This document shows, in pieces, positions 60,039 to 64,000 of a stretch of DNA of 64,000 nucleotides. Under the pieces are notes generated by a model. The model had not been told where the DNA came from, made no database searches, and was given only the letters and a program-made list of their open reading frames with translations. Each line of letters begins with the position of its first letter. The first letter of the stretch is position 1. The position numbers were made by a program, and so were the translations under genes. This DNA comes from Squalus acanthias (taxonomy: Eukaryota): the NCBI GenBank assembly GCA_030390025.1, contig CM059432.1, forward strand, positions 63,738,001 to 63,802,000, written 5' to 3'.

Positions 60039-61929
60039 ATTTCGTGTGGCAGCATGGCTTTCATTGTAATGTATGCTGCACCCATGTCTGTGGATTGCGC
60101 ACCGGAGTTATGAGCCATGTCATCAGCGGATAGCCTTCATTGCCCATTAGCGACCCTTTGGTTTACTGTGGTACCTCAAATGCAAATGGCACAGTGGACT
60201 GCCATAGAATGAAGCCATCATGACTGATGCCAGGATACTGGGCATTGAGCTGCATGATTTGCTGTCTATGGTTGCACACCAGCTGGACGTTGAGGGAATG
60301 GAATCCCTTTCAGTTCTGGTACATGGCAGAGTTGACATGCGGCGCCCACAAAGCAATGTGTGTGCAATCAATGACACCCTGCACCATGGGCAAGCCTGCA
60401 ATCCTCGCGAAGCTGCATACTTGCTCCAGCTGCTGCTCTCTGGCAAGAGGGAATGAAATGTAGTCAGCTCTTTTGGAACAGAGAGCATCAATGACCTCCC
60501 TTACACAACAGTGGATGGCAAACTGTGAGATATTTCAAATATCTCCAGCTCCAGCCTGGAAGGAGCCACGGTCACCTTCACAGCCACTGGCAATCCGGTC
60601 CTCGCCCTGCTCTGAGGTTGCAGTTGTGGCTGCAGCAGGTGGCAGATTTCAGTGAGGACATCCTTACTGAAGCGCAGACAGCTCACACATTTTTCCTCAC
60701 TGAAGTTCAGGTAGGAGAATTGCTTCCTGAACACCCTGGGCGGATATGGCCTCCTGCTGAGAGCCCTTCTCCCCTCCTCCTCCTCCTCCTCCTCCAGCAG
60801 CTTGTCCTGATCTGCGTGCCCTCTGTTCATTCTTCAAGTCATGCTCTACTCCAAGGGGAATTCCTGCTAGTGCACCCATGTCTGGCAGCAAGTGGTTTGT
60901 GCAGAAGCCTTGAACTCAGGAAAAAGTCCTTCAGCACCAGCCATACCACTCCCTGTAGATCTTGGCAACTTTAAACAACTATAGAAAGCACCAAACACTT
61001 GTACACATTTTCCAACAGCCAGAAGAAATCAACCAGCAACTAACCTGTAAGTAGTTGATGATCTCTTTAAATAGCACTGGTGGGGGGTCCTTCCTGCTGC
61101 TGAATGTGTGTTCAGCTGTGTGGGTTAAGAGAGGGCATTAGCTGATGCATTGAGCTTCAAAGTGGTAGTGCTGGTGTCAAATCAGCATTACATGCTGATT
61201 GACATCATGATCTGCCTGCTCTGCAGACATCTGCCGGGCGTTCACTGCGCGTGTGCTAACGCCCTCACAAATATGGCGTCCGGTGCGATTCGCCCCAGAA
61301 GTGTGAGTGTGCATGCTGTGGACGCCATTTGGATCTGTAAGGGTACTTGTAGCGCCCAAAAAACGGGCGCTATGGATCCAAATTTTCACCAAAAGAATAT
61401 AGGGACTCTTCTTAAACAACAGTTTGTGGCAGGTGATTCCACATTTAATCCATCCTCTGTATAAAGTTAAAAAATATATTTCCTTTAATTCTTAGTGGTT
61501 ATCTTAAACATGTACTCTCATGATACAATTTCACTGACCAGTTGAAACAATCTTATCATTATTTACCTTAGTATAGCCCTTCATAATCTTGAAGACATTT
61601 ATCAGGTTATTCATTAACTTTCTCAGCTGCAGTGTAAAAAGCCCTTACTTCTGAAGTCTACATTCATAACTATAAACCCTCAAACCCGGTAACATTCTAC
61701 TGAATCCATACTGCAAAGTTTCTATTGCTTTTATAGAGGAAGAATGGACGACATTGGCATTATCTGAAGGTCAGAACTTTGTTAATGGGAGAGAAAGCCT
61801 GGAATATGATACTCAGTAATATTTCAGGTTCAACAACCCAAAACCTCCTAACGGTCACCTGAAAAACATGCAAGGAGGACTCAAGCGGGCTTTCTTCAGT
61901 GGGTACAGGAAGTTTCCTAATGTACTCAA

Positions 61930-64000
61930 GTCGTCTAAATACTGGCGAGGGCGATGGTTCCTCTGGGGAGTATAGCCAGAGCCAAGTCCACGGCACCACG
62001 GGTGGCTCAGCTGTACAGGAGGGGTGGAGGAAGATCGGGAAAGCTATAGTGATAGGGAATTCGATAGTTAGGGGAGCAGACAGGTGTTTCTGTGGCCGCA
62101 GATGTGATTCCAGGATGGTATGTTGCCTCCCTGATGTCAGGGTCAAGGATGTCACTGAGTGGCTGTACAACATTCTGAGAGAGGAGGGTGAACAGCCAGA
62201 GGTCATGGTTCATATTGGTACCAACGACATAGGTGGCAAGAGGGATGAGTTCCTGCATGCAGATTTTAGGGAGCTATGAAAGAGAGTAAAAAGCAGGACC
62301 TCAAATGTAGTAATCTCCAGATTACTCCCGGTGCCACAAGTTAGTGAGTATAGAAATAGGAGGATGGAGCAGATGAATGCGTGGCTGGAGAGATGGTGCA
62401 GGAGGAAGGGCTTTAGAATCCTGGGACATTGGGACTGGTTCTGTGGGAGGAGGGACCTGTACAGGCCGGACAGGTTGCACCTCAACAGAGCTGGGACCAA
62501 AGTTCTCGTGGAGGTTTTGCTAGTGCTGTTGGGGAGGGTTTAAACTAATTTGGCAGGGGGATGGGCACCAGGATGTAGCATTAGAAAGGAGAATCAAGGT
62601 GCACAAAGGATTGGGAGAGACAGATAGCACTAGAGTAAGAAATAGTACAGTATTAGGCGGGGTCAGACTAAGATAGAATACAAGAAGGTCTAAGATAGGT
62701 TTACAGTGCATGTGTGTAAACGCACAAAGCGTGGTAAATAAGGTTGGTGAGCTGCAGGTGCAAATAATCACATGGGAATATGATGTCGTGGCAATAATGG
62801 AGACCTGGCTCAAAAAAGGGCAAGATTGGGCACTAAATATTCCTGGATATAAGGTGTTCAGGAAAGATAGGGAAGGAAAGATAGGAGGTGGTGTGGCAGT
62901 ACTGATTAAGGAGAATATTACAGTGCTGGAGAGAGAGGATGTCCCGGAGGATTCAAGGACAGAATCTATTTGGTTAGAGTTAAGAAGAAATAGAGGTGCC
63001 ATTACACTACTAGGTGTATTCAATAGGCCACCAACTAGTGGGAAGGATATAGAGGAGCAAATTTTCAGAGAAATTACAGAGCGGTGCAAGAACTATAGAG
63101 TAAGGATAATTGAAGTCCCCAATTATCACAATATAGACAGGGATAGTAATAGTGTAAAGGGCAGAGAGGGGAAAGAATTTCTGAAGTGTGTTCAGGAGAA
63201 CTTTCTTGATCAGTATGTTTCTGGCCCAATGAGGCCCAGCATTGCTGGATCTGGTTCTGGGGAATGAGGTGGGTCAAGTGGAGCAAGTGTCAGAAGGGGA
63301 ACATTTAGGGAACAGTGATCATAGTATCATAAGGTTTAGATTAGCTAGGACAGAGAGCAATCTAGAGTAAAAATACATAATTGGAGGAAGGCCAATTTCA
63401 GTGGGTCAAGAATGGATCTGGCCCGGGTAAATTGGAATCAAAGATTAGCAGGCAAAACTGTAGTTGAACAATGGGCTGCCTTTAAAGAGGAGATGGTTCG
63501 GGTACAGTCGAAGTACATTCCCATGAGGGGGAAAGGTAGGGCAACTAAAGCCAGAGCTCCCTGGATGACAAAAGAGATAGAGAGTATGATGAAGCAGAAA
63601 AAGGGGGCGTATGACAGATGTCAGCTTGAGAATACAAGTGAGAACCAGGCTGAACATAGAAAGTTCAGAGGGGAAGTGAAAAAGGAAATCAGAGGGGCAA
63701 GAGAGTATGAGAATAGATTGGCAGCTAACACAAAAGGGAATCCAAAAGTCTTCTATAGGCATATAAATAGTAAATGGGTAGTAAGAGGAGGGGTGGGGCC
63801 GATTAGGGACCAAAATGGAGACCTACACATGAAGGCAGAGGGCATGGCTGAGGTATTAAATGAGTACTTTGCATCTGTCTTCACCAAGGAAGAGGATGCT
63901 GCCAAAATCATAGTGAAAGAGGAGGTAGTTGAGATACTGGATGGGATAAAAATTGATAAAGAGGAGGTAGTAGAAAGGCTGGATGTACTTAAAGTAGATA
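61930..64000 (+). mobile_element. Decayed CR1 LINE (ORF1 esterase + ORF2 endonuclease), continues past the window
   Basis: AIVIGNSIVRG, VHIGTNDIG, DRLHLN; CVNAQS, AIMETWL motifs. Confidence 0.93.

Larger units (their letters stand above)
52788..61390. mobile_element. Old full-length PIF/Harbinger (family B copy 2) carrying four nested insertions
   Basis: Termini GGGGCTAAATT ... AATTTTCACC; decayed Myb gene on + (about 53073-56721); decayed transposase on - (about 56900-60880; IEQTIGVLKQYFHCLD, RPYPPRVF). Confidence 0.9.

Noticed and set aside
1486..61390. Whole window as one ancient inverted duplication (family-B copies and LTRs are also mirrored)
   Set aside because: LTR and CR1 insertion points differ between the copies, and the intervening unique sequences show no visible homology

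Overview
Eukaryotic, transposon-dense vertebrate genomic DNA. The repeat families look like those of a cartilaginous fish; that assignment is inference. No host protein-coding gene can be supported. The only host-gene signal is a probable CpG-rich promoter with a non-coding first exon on the minus strand near 486-575. The window is a layered set of nested mobile elements. (1) Two young PIF/Harbinger DNA transposons in mirror orientation (36184-40291 and 48460-52689). The second looks autonomous, with an intact 386-aa DDE transposase and a 3-exon Myb/SANT gene. The first has an intact Myb gene but a dead transposase. Each has a Tc1/mariner(pogo/Tigger)-type MITE just inside it, also mirrored. 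(2) Two older Harbingers of a second family, each hit by CR1 LINEs and by a solo LTR of one family. (3) At least six CR1 LINEs, one with an uninterrupted EN+RT frame fused in-frame to a Harbinger transposase fragment. (4) Three Penelope-like elements; two have inverted pseudo-LTRs and long TSDs, and one of these has two intact minimal hammerhead ribozyme motifs. (5) A decayed envelope/fusion-glycoprotein-like reading frame split by nested insertions. (6) Many Harbinger-type MITEs, a hAT MITE and L2 fragments. All calls come from motif recognition and manual alignment; no searches were run.
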